Positions 26,469 through 34,791 of a DNA stretch of 64,000 nucleotides are shown here, piece by piece (within the stretch, counting starts at the first letter, position 1; every line of letters begins with the position of its first letter). Source of the DNA: Bacillota bacterium. GTDB lineage: Bacteria; Bacillota; Clostridia; Christensenellales; CAMQZB01. The translations under genes were made by a program, and so were the position numbers. The notes under the pieces were generated by a model, which was not told where the DNA came from, made no database searches, and was given only the letters and a program-made list of their open reading frames with translations. The stretch spans positions 50,571-114,570 of the forward strand of contig JAWXUX010000006.1 in NCBI GenBank assembly GCA_044426045.1, given 5' to 3'.

Positions 26469-26513
26469 TTCCTAAGCGCTAGGCCATTGGTTCGATCCCA
26501 ATTAGGAACACCA
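26469..26513 (+). other. att junction: 3' half of a tRNA-Arg(CCU) gene with encoded CCA
   Basis: TTCCTAA (loop, anticodon CCT) - GCGCT - AGGCC - ATTGG TTCGATC CCAAT (T arm) - TAGGAAC - A - CCA. It matches the canonical ..CCTAAGCG..AGGxC..GGTTCGA.. pattern of bacterial tRNA-Arg(CCU). No 5' half lies upstream. Confidence 0.7.
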
Positions 26514-26518
26514 TTAAA

Positions 26519-26550
26519 GCACCGTTTTGCGGTGCTTTAATGGTGTTTTA
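26519..26550 (+). terminator. terminator after the tRNA-half
   Basis: GCACCG-TTTTG-CGGTGC followed by TTTAATGGTGTTTTA. Confidence 0.5.
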
Positions 26551-26610
26551 TGGGTTTTCTCCCATTATTTTTATCGAAAAAATTTGTCTTTAGGGTGACA
26601 AAAATTTTCT

Positions 26611-26700
26611 CCACACTCCGCATAAACACTAGCAATTTCCCACTTCATCCAATAAAAAAGCCACGGAGGGAAACAATTTTCCCGCCGTGGCTTTTTTTAT
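26611..26700 (+). repeat. intergenic repeat copy a (CACTCCGCATAAACACTAGCAATTTCCCACTTCATCCAATAAAAAA plus GCCACGG..CCGTGGC hairpin)
   Basis: Direct repeat of 27496-27570 and, in part, of 28455-28525. The hairpin is flanked by an A-run and a T-run, so it looks like a bidirectional terminator. Confidence 0.6.
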
Positions 26701-26706
26701 GTTGAT

Positions 26707-26872
26707 TTATCCGAATATGCTATCCAGTTTATCCGCAGCTTCTTTATCACTGCTCTTTATGAAGTGGCTGCAAAATCGGTTGTGGTGCTGGTTCCTCGCT
26801 GTCCTGCCCCTCCGCTTACCTCACCCGCGGCACACATGCCATTATTTGAAGCGTTATATTTGTGTGCCTGAC
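26707..26872 (-). pseudogene. tyrosine-integrase C-terminal remnant (frameshifted, 5'-truncated)
   Basis: DNA aligns with the 3' end of int (21281-21450). Translation gives VRHTNITLQIMACVPRVR*, then in another frame VSGGAGQRGTSTTTDF.., then ..SHFIKSSDKEAADKLDSIFG*. Compare HSLRHTNITMQ..GRAGHARTSTTTDIYSHFLKSSDRIAADALDEVFGG* in int. Confidence 0.8.
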
Positions 26873-26964
26873 CTCTTGATTTCGGTTATTTTTCATAAAA
26901 TGCACTGCATATTTCTCCACCGTTTTGGTGATACTAAATAAAAACAGAACTTTTGGAGGTTTTT

Positions 26965-27441
26965 ATGAACACTGAACAGACTATCAAGTGGCTTTATGAC
27001 AAGGCACTTATTGAGCAAACTATTTTGAAATATGCAACGGCGGCTGATACGCGTGATTGGGATTTGCTGAAATCTATTCTTTGCGATGAAATCCACATTG
27101 ATTTCACAACATCTGGAGGACCTGCTGCCACGCTCACAAGCGAGCAATATATTGGGCAAGTTACTTCTCTGATTCCTGGATTTGACGTCACACAGCATCA
27201 GCTGACTAACTTTGTGGTTGACATCGACGGCGACACTGCCAGCACTGTGGTTTATATGCAAGCCGAGCACTTTGCTTTTGAGGGCACCGATGAAATTTGC
27301 CGAACCGTTGGCGGATATTATACCCACAAACTGAAAAAAGAAAATGGTAATTGGAAAATATGTTCTCTGAAACTAACCGCAACTTGGGGGCGTGGAGATA
27401 TGCGCGCTTTCGCGATTGCAAGCAAGCGTGCCAATTCATAA
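26965..27441 (+). CDS. SnoaL-like / NTF2-family protein
   Basis: Start at the ATG after a GGAGG RBS. ..ILKYATAADTRDWDLLKSILCDEIHIDFT.. is typical of SnoaL_4-type proteins. Confidence 0.7.
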   Translation: MNTEQTIKWLYDKALIEQTILKYATAADTRDWDLLKSILCDEIHIDFTTSGGPAATLTSEQYIGQVTSLIPGFDVTQHQLTNFVVDIDGDTASTVVYMQAEHFAFEGTDEICRTVGGYYTHKLKKENGNWKICSLKLTATWGRGDMRAFAIASKRANS

Positions 27442-27495
27442 AACAATAATAAATACAAAACCAACATAATTTTGCACTTAGATTGAAAAGTTTCG

Positions 27496-27570
27496 CTACA
27501 CTCCTATAAACACTAGCAATTCCCCACTTTATCCAATAAAAAATAGCCGCAGTGCAAACACTTTTTCTAT
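27496..27570 (+). repeat. intergenic repeat copy b
   Basis: CACTCCTATAAACACTAGCAATTCCCCACTTTATCCAATAAAAAATAGCCGCAGTGCAAACAC.. The hairpin part is degenerate. Confidence 0.6.
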
Positions 27571-27597
27571 TTAGATTTGCTTGCATAATGACTCTCC

Positions 27598-28293
27598 TTA
27601 AATTCTTTTTATGATAGCTTTATATTCACCTCGATAATGAATTGCTTTTACGGGGCAACTGATATAACAATCACCACATTCATCACAACGATTTTGATTG
27701 ATGGAATATAAACCTTCCTTTTCTTCTATTGCCAAAAAAGAGCATTTCTTTTTGCAAAGTCCACAGGAAATGCACACCTCTTTATCGATGCTAAGTCCCT
27801 TATATTTCACTGTCGCTGTGCCAAAGGAGAAGTATTCTCGCTCTAGCTTGTTTTCACGAGTGATTTTCTCGAAATCATAGTCAAAAACATCCCCCCAGCC
27901 AGATGTGATACAAAAAACAACCATCGCTGGATATTTGATTTGATCTGCGATACAAAAATCAAAAATCGGATTTTGTTTGCTTTTGATTTCATCCATGCCC
28001 ACCTCGCAAGCTTTACCCGTCATGCGGATTGCGTAGCCACCATCAAATGTTGGCGCACCATTTTCGTCGTGCACAACTCTTGTGTCGGCACAAAGTCCGC
28101 AAAGCGAGATGTTGCCGTTTGCTTTCAGGTGTTTATAAAAATCCTTTGTGTACATCGTCATGAAATATATGCCATTTTCGTCGTAGCCACGAAGGTGGGC
28201 AATTCTGCTGACGGGCTGGTTTTGTTCGTCCACTGTTGTGAAGCTTAGACAGCCGATTTTATCAAAGGCTTGATAGATTTCTTTTATTCCCAT
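27598..28293 (-). CDS. flavin-binding (PNPOx-like) domain protein fused to a 2x[4Fe-4S] ferredoxin domain
   Basis: C-terminus CISCGLCKKKC...CDECGDCYISCP. Start set at the ATG after a GGGGGAG RBS (MGIKEIYQAFDKIGCLSFTTVDE). Confidence 0.7.
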   Translation of the reverse strand: MGIKEIYQAFDKIGCLSFTTVDEQNQPVSRIAHLRGYDENGIYFMTMYTKDFYKHLKANGNISLCGLCADTRVVHDENGAPTFDGGYAIRMTGKACEVGMDEIKSKQNPIFDFCIADQIKYPAMVVFCITSGWGDVFDYDFEKITRENKLEREYFSFGTATVKYKGLSIDKEVCISCGLCKKKCSFLAIEEKEGLYSINQNRCDECGDCYISCPVKAIHYRGEYKAIIKRI

Positions 28294-28454
28294 GACTCCC
28301 CCTTGCAAGTTACTTGAAACTTTCATATATACCATCTGTAATTTCATTTATTACATTGATATTAACAAATATTCACTGCGATGTCAACTGTTTACAGTAT
28401 TGTAAAAAATAAAATTACAATAATTTGCTCCAAAATATGCACAAAACGTAAGAT

Positions 28455-28525
28455 ATTGCATGATTCCAACTTCACACAATAAAAAAACACGGCGAGAAAC
28501 ATTTTTCACGCCGTGGCTATTTTTA
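28455..28525 (+). repeat. intergenic repeat copy c
   Basis: ..GATTCCAACTTCACACAATAAAAAAACACGGCGAGAAACATTTTTCACGCCGTGGCTATTTTT. The 3' two-thirds are related to copy a. Confidence 0.5.
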
Positions 28526-28638
28526 TATAGATAATTTTGCAAAAAACTTAATGGCACAAGCCTAAAAATCCACCACAGCACTAGACATGTAACAAATAAG
28601 GTGATATACTATTACTAGATAAGACTTGGAGGGTTAAA

Positions 28639-29265
28639 ATGAATACTATACTATTGAAAAAACGCGACCCTATTGTTCGCGTGCTACTTTGTCTCATATG
28701 TTTTCCATATTTCTTTTATTGGATTTTCAGAACAATAAAAGCAACGCGAAGCATCGAAGGGAAAGAAGGTTGGGTGCTTGAAACACTGCTTTATATTTTC
28801 GTCCCTATCTATCCAATATATTGGGCATACAGCAGATGTTCAAGACTTTACGAAATAGCACAAACTGAAGGTGTTGATATCGACAAGAACAACAAAAAGT
28901 GGTATATTTTGCTGTCACTTTTCCTTGGCAAGGGGTTGATTGTTTATCTCACTCAATACAAAATCAACAAATTTGCCGATGCAATCAACGGCGAGGATGC
29001 GTTTTTTGGGGCTATTGACTCGTTGGTTTTCCAACTTATCCCAGATTGCGACATCATGTTTATGCGTCTTTACAGAATCGTGACAATCATCACAGTTATC
29101 CTGATTGTCAATGTGGTTGTTTATAACCTTATCTTGGTTTATTTGGGCAAACACCCAAGCGTTCACAAACAACCAGTGATATATCAAGCTGTCCCACAAC
29201 CATACGCAAACACTCCTTCACCGCAAGCAGCGGCAGAAATTGACGAGACAATTCCTGCGATTTAA
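28639..29265 (+). CDS. membrane protein (DUF4234-like N-terminal region)
   Basis: 208 aa with several TM stretches. GGAGGG RBS. The family call is tentative. Confidence 0.5.
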   Translation: MNTILLKKRDPIVRVLLCLICFPYFFYWIFRTIKATRSIEGKEGWVLETLLYIFVPIYPIYWAYSRCSRLYEIAQTEGVDIDKNNKKWYILLSLFLGKGLIVYLTQYKINKFADAINGEDAFFGAIDSLVFQLIPDCDIMFMRLYRIVTIITVILIVNVVVYNLILVYLGKHPSVHKQPVIYQAVPQPYANTPSPQAAAEIDETIPAI

Positions 29266-29282
29266 TGGGGTAGGTGAAAAAA

Positions 29283-31376
29283 ATGGCTGTTAGATACAGA
29301 ATAGAAAAAGTTATAGAAAAAATAGAGAACGACCCTAGCGGGAAAATCGTTCTTGAAAAGTCGCAAATTTTATACGACGAGATTGAAAAATGCTTCAAAC
29401 TGCAAAATAAATTCATCAACAAAAGCGGTGGATATATCGACGGCGTGATTTGCACAATTATTTGCTACCGCGAAAACGGCGAAATTCTTTGCCGAATTGG
29501 CGGTTCAATTCGCGAAACAGTGGGAGATGGCGAATATTTTGCAACTCAAACACTGAAAAACATAGCAAGTGCCGACGTTTCTGAAATCACGGTTGAAATC
29601 TTGGAAGTGCTTGAATGTGCAAATCCACCAATTTCAACAATCAAAAAACAAGGCGTGCCAAAAGCTGGCAACGCACCTCAAAATAACACAGCAACCGAAG
29701 AAGCACGCTTGAAAGCAAGAGCCGAGGCAAAAGCAAAAGCGGATGCCAAAGCGGAAGCCGAGGCAAAAGCCAAAGCGGAAGCTAAAGCAATCGCAACAGC
29801 AAAAGCAAAAGCAGAAGCGGAAGCTAAAGCAATCGCAACAGCAAAAGCAAAAGCAGAAGCGGAAGAAAAAGCAGCAAAAAAAGCTCAAGCAGAAGCCGAG
29901 GCTTCCAATAAAGCCCAAGCGCAAAAAGAGGCAGCAGCACAAGCAAAAGCACAAAAAGAGGCGGAGGCAAAAGCAGCGGCAGAAGCAAAAGAACAAGAAA
30001 AAGCCCAAGCAAAAGCCCAAGCTGCCGCAAATGCGGAAGCGGAAAAACAGCAAAAAGCGGAAGAAAAAGCACAAAAAGCGGAAGAAAAACTCGCTCGCAA
30101 AGCTAGCAAATCACCAAAAAACGCAAAAAAAATTGTTATTATCTTGATGGCAATTCTGCTTATCTGTGCAATTCCCGCCGTCATCTTTTTATCAATTGAC
30201 CAAGATGCACAAAATGGGTTCATTATTGAAGATGGTGTTTTGGTGGAATATACCGGCGAAGGTGGCGACGTGATCATTCCAGACAGCGTCACAGCAATTG
30301 GAGACCGCGCATTCCTGACAAACGGGACAATAACAAGCGTTACTATCCCCGACAGCTGCACAAAAATCTACAACTACGCTTTTTCGAATTGTCGTTCACT
30401 TACCCAAGTTGATCTTGGCGGTGTTCAATCTGTTGCAGATTACGCTTTCACAAATTGTTCTAGCCTTGAAAATATAGACTTGAAAAATGTTTCAGTGATA
30501 GGCGAAGGGGCGTTCAGCTCTTGCAGTTCTCTCAAATCAGTAGAATTTTGCGACGAACTGTATTTGATTAACACCAAAACATTTTCTGAATGTAGCAGTC
30601 TTGAAAATGTGGATTTCAACAATGTCACACAAATTAATGATAACGCGTTCATTCGCTGTTTAAGCCTCACAGATTTGAACCTTGAAAACGTTCAAAAAAT
30701 TGATTCCTATGCATTTTATTACTGTTCTGAGCTTGAAAGCATCTCGTTTGGTGCTGATTTGTCACAAATATGCCTCTTTGCTTTTTATAATTGCAGTGCA
30801 ATAGAATCTATCAATTTCGATGAATCATTAGACGTTAGCACAGTGATTTTTGAAGCCAATGCCTTCCGACTTGATGACTTCCCAACTTGCAACGTTGTTC
30901 TTGATTACGATGTGATTTCTAATTTTATAGATATCAGGGAAAATGTTTACGAGGTTCTTGCCGATATTATTTCACAACATGAATCGTTCTATTATTCAGA
31001 TCACACAGTGAGACATAACGACGTTGATATTTTGTGCACGTCAGTTCTTTATTCCGACAGATATGTCAGTATTTGCTTATATGAAGATGGCACGGTTTAT
31101 ATATTTACCGAAGGCGATGATAATTTTACTATAGAATTACGATTTGCCTGGAGCGAAGACAGCGTTTATTATAAACGCTCATCAACAAAATACAACGCAG
31201 AATTTGATTATTATTCAAACGACTTTTATTACAACAATACCCTTTATTGGGATCAAACGATTTCGGATAGTATGAACGAATATTTCATTGAACAAATAAA
31301 CTTTGCAATGAGCCTTCTTGGCGATTATGTTGAAGAGAACGGCTACTCAAAAGAAGATATCTTTCTTTATGACTAG
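29283..31376 (+). CDS. BspA-type leucine-rich-repeat protein with an Ala/Lys/Glu-rich low-complexity region and one TM segment
   Basis: Repeats of the form IPDSVTAIGDRAF..C.SLTSV.. (LRR_5). The AKAEAEAKA region spans about residues 150-260. TM segment IVIILMAILLICAIPAVIFL. Confidence 0.85.
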   Translation: MAVRYRIEKVIEKIENDPSGKIVLEKSQILYDEIEKCFKLQNKFINKSGGYIDGVICTIICYRENGEILCRIGGSIRETVGDGEYFATQTLKNIASADVSEITVEILEVLECANPPISTIKKQGVPKAGNAPQNNTATEEARLKARAEAKAKADAKAEAEAKAKAEAKAIATAKAKAEAEAKAIATAKAKAEAEEKAAKKAQAEAEASNKAQAQKEAAAQAKAQKEAEAKAAAEAKEQEKAQAKAQAAANAEAEKQQKAEEKAQKAEEKLARKASKSPKNAKKIVIILMAILLICAIPAVIFLSIDQDAQNGFIIEDGVLVEYTGEGGDVIIPDSVTAIGDRAFLTNGTITSVTIPDSCTKIYNYAFSNCRSLTQVDLGGVQSVADYAFTNCSSLENIDLKNVSVIGEGAFSSCSSLKSVEFCDELYLINTKTFSECSSLENVDFNNVTQINDNAFIRCLSLTDLNLENVQKIDSYAFYYCSELESISFGADLSQICLFAFYNCSAIESINFDESLDVSTVIFEANAFRLDDFPTCNVVLDYDVISNFIDIRENVYEVLADIISQHESFYYSDHTVRHNDVDILCTSVLYSDRYVSICLYEDGTVYIFTEGDDNFTIELRFAWSEDSVYYKRSSTKYNAEFDYYSNDFYYNNTLYWDQTISDSMNEYFIEQINFAMSLLGDYVEENGYSKEDIFLYD
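29775..29858 (+). repeat. perfect 42-bp tandem duplication inside the LRR gene
   Basis: GCGGAAGCTAAAGCAATCGCAACAGCAAAAGCAAAAGCAGAA occurs twice back to back (encodes AEAKAIATAKAKAE x2). Confidence 0.9.
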
Positions 31377-31409
31377 TGGGTAGTGGATTATATCAGCAAA
31401 AAAATAAAA

Positions 31410-31434
31410 GGGTGACAAAATGTCATCCTTTTTC
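31410..31434 (+). terminator. terminator of the LRR gene
   Basis: GGGTGACA-AAA-TGTCATCC followed by TTTTTC. Confidence 0.6.
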
Positions 31435-31449
31435 ACTATCAAAAAATAC

Positions 31450-31478
31450 TTGCTTGTTTTTGTGGGTTGTGATATAAT
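31450..31478 (+). promoter_or_regulatory. sigma-A promoter of aroK
   Basis: TTGCTT-17 nt-TGaTATAAT. Confidence 0.5.
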
Positions 31479-31506
31479 TTGAAAAAAAGTTATAAAGGAA
31501 CCTTTG

Positions 31507-32025
31507 ATGGACAGAAATATAATATTGATTGGAATGCCGGGAAGCGGAAAAAGCACGCTTGGGGTTTTGCTGGCAAAGCAGATGGGTTACGGATATGTTG
31601 ATTCCGACGTAGCAATTCAACAGCGGTGCGGAAAACGCCTTTCGGAATTGCTTTGCGAAAAAGGGTTTGATGGATTTGTTTCTATCGAGGGTGAAACCAA
31701 CACTTTTCTTGCAAAAAGTTTGAAACGCACGGTGATCGCAACTGGCGGAAGTGCGGTTTACAATGAAAAAGCAATGGACGCACTTTGCAAATCGGGAATT
31801 TGCGTGTATCTTGAAGTTTCACTGCCAACACTTTGCCACAGATTAGGCGATTATTCACAGCGTGGCGTGGCACTGCCAAACGGATATACCCTCGAAGATT
31901 TATTTTGCGAGCGCGACCCACTTTATCGCAAATACGCCCGTGTGACACTTTCGGAAAACCCTGAAATTTCCATGCAGGAAGTTGTGCGAAATCTTGAAAA
32001 ACTTATCGCCGATTGCGAAAAATAA
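31507..32025 (+). CDS. aroK: shikimate kinase
   Basis: IILIGMPGSGKSTLGVLLAKQMGYGYVDSDVAIQ.., with a typical size of 172 aa. Confidence 0.9.
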   Translation: MDRNIILIGMPGSGKSTLGVLLAKQMGYGYVDSDVAIQQRCGKRLSELLCEKGFDGFVSIEGETNTFLAKSLKRTVIATGGSAVYNEKAMDALCKSGICVYLEVSLPTLCHRLGDYSQRGVALPNGYTLEDLFCERDPLYRKYARVTLSENPEISMQEVVRNLEKLIADCEK

Positions 32026-32057
32026 CAAAAACAAAAAAACAAAAAAACAAAAAACAA

Positions 32058-32095
32058 CGCCCCAAGTGAAAAACTTCGCTTTGGGCGTTTTTTTG
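32058..32095 (+). terminator. terminator of aroK
   Basis: CGCCCCAAG..GCTTTGGGCG hairpin followed by T8. It is preceded by a (CAAAAAA)n tract. Confidence 0.6.
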
Positions 32096-32141
32096 TTGCT
32101 ATATATTGTTAGATATTATCATATAATATTTCCACATCTTT

Positions 32142-32621
32142 TTATTCATTAAAAACTAGAAGTGATTGCAATTCTTTTATAATTTCTGCTGGCACGCTGT
32201 AATCATCGCCGTCAAGAAAGCTTTGCAAAAATTCTTTTGTGTTGCCACTTTGTGGGAGCATGAATCCACCCTCGCGAATGATATCTTCCGCCATGATGCG
32301 GTTTGATTTTTCGATTGCTTTTGAAAGCCTGCTTGTCATACTGCCCGCGATTTGCTCTTGACTTGCTTTGCTTTTCAAAATAAGTCGGAGTGCTTTTATA
32401 ACGCTTTCAGAATGCACTTGTTGCTTTGGATATTCCCTTGGCACAAGGCTTATCGCCTTTGACGGACAAGCGTTTGCACAAGCCGAGCAACCGACGCATT
32501 TTGTTTTATCGATAACGCTGTTTTCAGTGTCGCTTGCGCCAGTGGGGCAAACGTATAAACAAAGGCAATCTTTTGTGCATTTTGAGACATCTCTCACTGC
32601 GTATGTTCTACTCATTATCAT
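32142..32621 (-). CDS. 4Fe-4S dicluster domain protein
   Basis: [12 protein letters not shown] and [12 protein letters not shown] cluster motifs. Confidence 0.7.
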   Translation of the reverse strand: MIMSRTYAVRDVSKCTKDCLCLYVCPTGASDTENSVIDKTKCVGCSACANACPSKAISLVPREYPKQQVHSESVIKALRLILKSKASQEQIAGSMTSRLSKAIEKSNRIMAEDIIREGGFMLPQSGNTKEFLQSFLDGDDYSVPAEIIKELQSLLVFNE

Positions 32622-33246
32622 CCCCTCCTATTTCTTCAAATTTATAGTTTGGCACTTTGCAAACAGGACAAACGTCGGGAAGCTCCTTTCCAACATGCAC
32701 AAAACCACAAATAGTGCAGACATAAACACCCGCATCTTCAAGCATAGCCTCGCCAACTTCGCCATATTTTTTGAGAAGTGATTTCACCATTGTGCTGACT
32801 TTCACACTCCAAGTGTGGGCACGAAGCGCCCCTCTGTCGCCGTTTTCTTTGCAAACAGCCTCTAAAATCGGATAGTTTTCATCCAAATCGACATCAACCA
32901 TTTCCAATAGGTCAGCTAGGCTTTCAGTGACATCATTATTCACCCTACCTTTGAAATGACTTGCCAAGATTTGAAAAAGTTCTGATTCTCTTGCCAAATA
33001 CTGTTTTTCGCAACCTTTTGCAAGATTGGAACAAACAATGCTGTTTTCAAGGGCAGAAAAATTTTCATCAACGCCAGCAAGAACGCTTGTATCTATTTCT
33101 TTTTTCTCGCCTTCACCTTCTTTTGCAAACACACCTTTTTCCGCCTTGCAAATCGGACAAACCCAATCCGCTGGCAAATTTTCAAAATCTACATCTTTTT
33201 GCGAATCATGAACATATCCACAAACCGCGCATTTCCATTTAGCCAT
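32608..33246 (-). CDS. rubredoxin-domain / rubrerythrin-like protein
   Basis: N-terminus [19 protein letters not shown] and C-terminus [18 protein letters not shown]. Start at the ATG after a GGAGG RBS. Confidence 0.7.
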   Translation of the reverse strand: MAKWKCAVCGYVHDSQKDVDFENLPADWVCPICKAEKGVFAKEGEGEKKEIDTSVLAGVDENFSALENSIVCSNLAKGCEKQYLARESELFQILASHFKGRVNNDVTESLADLLEMVDVDLDENYPILEAVCKENGDRGALRAHTWSVKVSTMVKSLLKKYGEVGEAMLEDAGVYVCTICGFVHVGKELPDVCPVCKVPNYKFEEIGGDDNE

Positions 33247-33387
33247 TTTGCACCTCCACTTTATATCATCCGAGTGCCTTTCAAGCACTTTAGCATATTA
33301 TACCACCATTAATTACCAAAATCAATACTCATTAGCAATAATGTTGATTTTTATTACATTTTGCAAGCATAAATTTCACAAACGCTA

Positions 33388-33416
33388 TTGCAATTTGTTC
33401 ACTTGCATGTTATATT
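33388..33416 (+). promoter_or_regulatory. candidate promoter of the GltD-like gene
   Basis: TTGCAA-17 nt-TATATT. Confidence 0.4.
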
Positions 33417-33451
33417 ATTTATAATAACATAGATACTGTAGGGGGTTATAT

Positions 33452-34687
33452 ATGGATTTTTTAATGTTGGAGGCTAACAAGTGTTTGAAGTGCAAGAACG
33501 CACGTTGCACAAAAAATTGCCCAATTGGCACACCGATTCCAGAAGTTATTGCACTGTTTGAACAAGGCAACAAAGAAGCGGCGGCAAAACTGCTTTTTGA
33601 AAACAATCCGCTTTCGGCAATTTGTGCCTACATCTGTCCGCACGAACGCCAATGCAGTGGTAATTGCGTGAAGGGTATCAAAGGCGAGCCCGTTGCGTTC
33701 CAAAAAATTGAAGCCAAGCTTTCAAGCGGATATCTTCATTCGCTCGAACTTGAAAAACCAATCCCAAACGGCAAAAAAGTCGCCATCGTTGGCTCGGGGC
33801 CTGCGGGAATCACGGGGGCACTACGTCTCGCTTCAAAGGGTTATTATGTGACTATGTATGAAGTGAGAACAAGAATTGGCGGTGCACTGCGTTATGCAAT
33901 CCCAGAATTCCGTCTTGAACCAAGCCTTATCGACAAACTTGAACAGTTGCTTTTGTCGCTTGGCGTTCACATCAAAACAAACACAATGGTTGGACCTGTT
34001 ATCACAATAGATAAACTTCTTGACGACGGATACGACGCGGTTTATATCGCGACTGGCGTTTGGAACCCAAGAACGCTTGATATCAAGGGTGAAACTCTTG
34101 GGCATGTGACTTATGCTATCAACTATCTCAAAGCTCCAAAAACATTCAATATGAAAGGCAAAGTTTGCGTTATTGGCGCGGGCGACGTTGCAATGGACGC
34201 GGCGAGATGTGCAAAAAGATACGGTGCTTCGGAAGTTTCGATTTTATATCGCGGATCAGTGGATCAAATGAGCGCAACTAAACACGAAATTCACGGCGCA
34301 AAAGATGACGGCATAGAGTTCATTTTTAACCGTGCACCAATGGAAATCACCGAAAAAGGCATGTATGTCCAAACAACTCAGCAAGAAGAGATGGAGGACG
34401 GAAGATTGAAACTCACACCAGTTGAAAATTCAAAGGAATTCCTTGAATTTGATAACATCTTGATTGCGGTGAGCCAATCTGCGGCAAACAATATCGTTTC
34501 CAACACAAAAGGACTAGAAACAAAATACGGCCTTCTTGTGACTGACCAATTTGCCTCAACAACAAGACCCGGCGTTTTCGCCACAGGCGACGTCGTGAGC
34601 GGTGCCAAAACCGTGGTTCTTGCCGTAGCAAACGCAAAAATAGCAGTAGAAGGCATCGAAAGATTCTGCTACCCAGGTAATTATTAA
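33452..34687 (+). CDS. NAD(P)H-dependent oxidoreductase, glutamate synthase small-subunit (GltD/SudA)-like
   Basis: N-terminal Fe-S Cys motifs CLKCKNARCTKNCP and CPHERQCSGNC, then the dinucleotide fold VAIVGSGPAGITGA, and GDVVSG near the C-terminus. Confidence 0.85.
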   Translation: MDFLMLEANKCLKCKNARCTKNCPIGTPIPEVIALFEQGNKEAAAKLLFENNPLSAICAYICPHERQCSGNCVKGIKGEPVAFQKIEAKLSSGYLHSLELEKPIPNGKKVAIVGSGPAGITGALRLASKGYYVTMYEVRTRIGGALRYAIPEFRLEPSLIDKLEQLLLSLGVHIKTNTMVGPVITIDKLLDDGYDAVYIATGVWNPRTLDIKGETLGHVTYAINYLKAPKTFNMKGKVCVIGAGDVAMDAARCAKRYGASEVSILYRGSVDQMSATKHEIHGAKDDGIEFIFNRAPMEITEKGMYVQTTQQEEMEDGRLKLTPVENSKEFLEFDNILIAVSQSAANNIVSNTKGLETKYGLLVTDQFASTTRPGVFATGDVVSGAKTVVLAVANAKIAVEGIERFCYPGNY

Positions 34688-34690
34688 TTC

Positions 34691-34741
34691 AATTAAAAAT
34701 TAAAAATTAAAAATTAAAAATTAAAAATTAAAAATTAAAAA
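34691..34741 (+). repeat. heptamer microsatellite (AATTAAA) x ~7
   Basis: Read directly. It abuts the terminator hairpin. Confidence 0.9.
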
Positions 34742-34742
34742 A

Positions 34743-34773
34743 GGCTACATCAAATGATGTGGCCTTTTGTTTT
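34743..34773. terminator. bidirectional terminator between convergent genes
   Basis: GGCTACATC-AAAT-GATGTGGCC, followed by a T-run and preceded by an A-rich tract. Confidence 0.7.
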
Positions 34774-34791
34774 ACTTATTAAATTTCCAAA

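Larger units (their letters stand above)
16083..26513. mobile_element. ~10.4-kb integrative element bounded by tRNA-Arg(CCU) 3'-half repeats
   Basis: Bounded by the two tRNA-half segments. Carries int, excisionase-like genes, the type IIS R-M operon, DUF2971 and the HEPN gene. Composition changes just to the right. Confidence 0.6.

Noticed and set aside
26420-26513. A complete tRNA gene ending at 26513
   Set aside because: Only the part from the anticodon loop to CCA is present. The ~40 nt upstream contain no D arm and no strand complementary to the acceptor and anticodon stems in the right positions.
26687-26941. 84-aa plus-strand ORF
   Set aside because: It is antisense to a frameshifted integrase remnant whose minus-strand translation aligns with the C-terminus of the intact integrase.
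29634-30361. Four overlapping ORFs (29634-30074, 29743-30147, 29824-30072, 29885-30361) with bizarre low-complexity translations
   Set aside because: They are alternative-frame and antisense readings of the GCA/AAA/GAA-periodic stalk region of the LRR gene. The LRR frame is the only one continuous with recognisable domains.
15937-31428. Recurring GGGTGACAAA motif (15937, 26593, 31410) as a dispersed repeat family
   Set aside because: Only about 10 nt are shared. Two occurrences are ordinary terminator stems and the third has no partner arm. That is too little to call a family.
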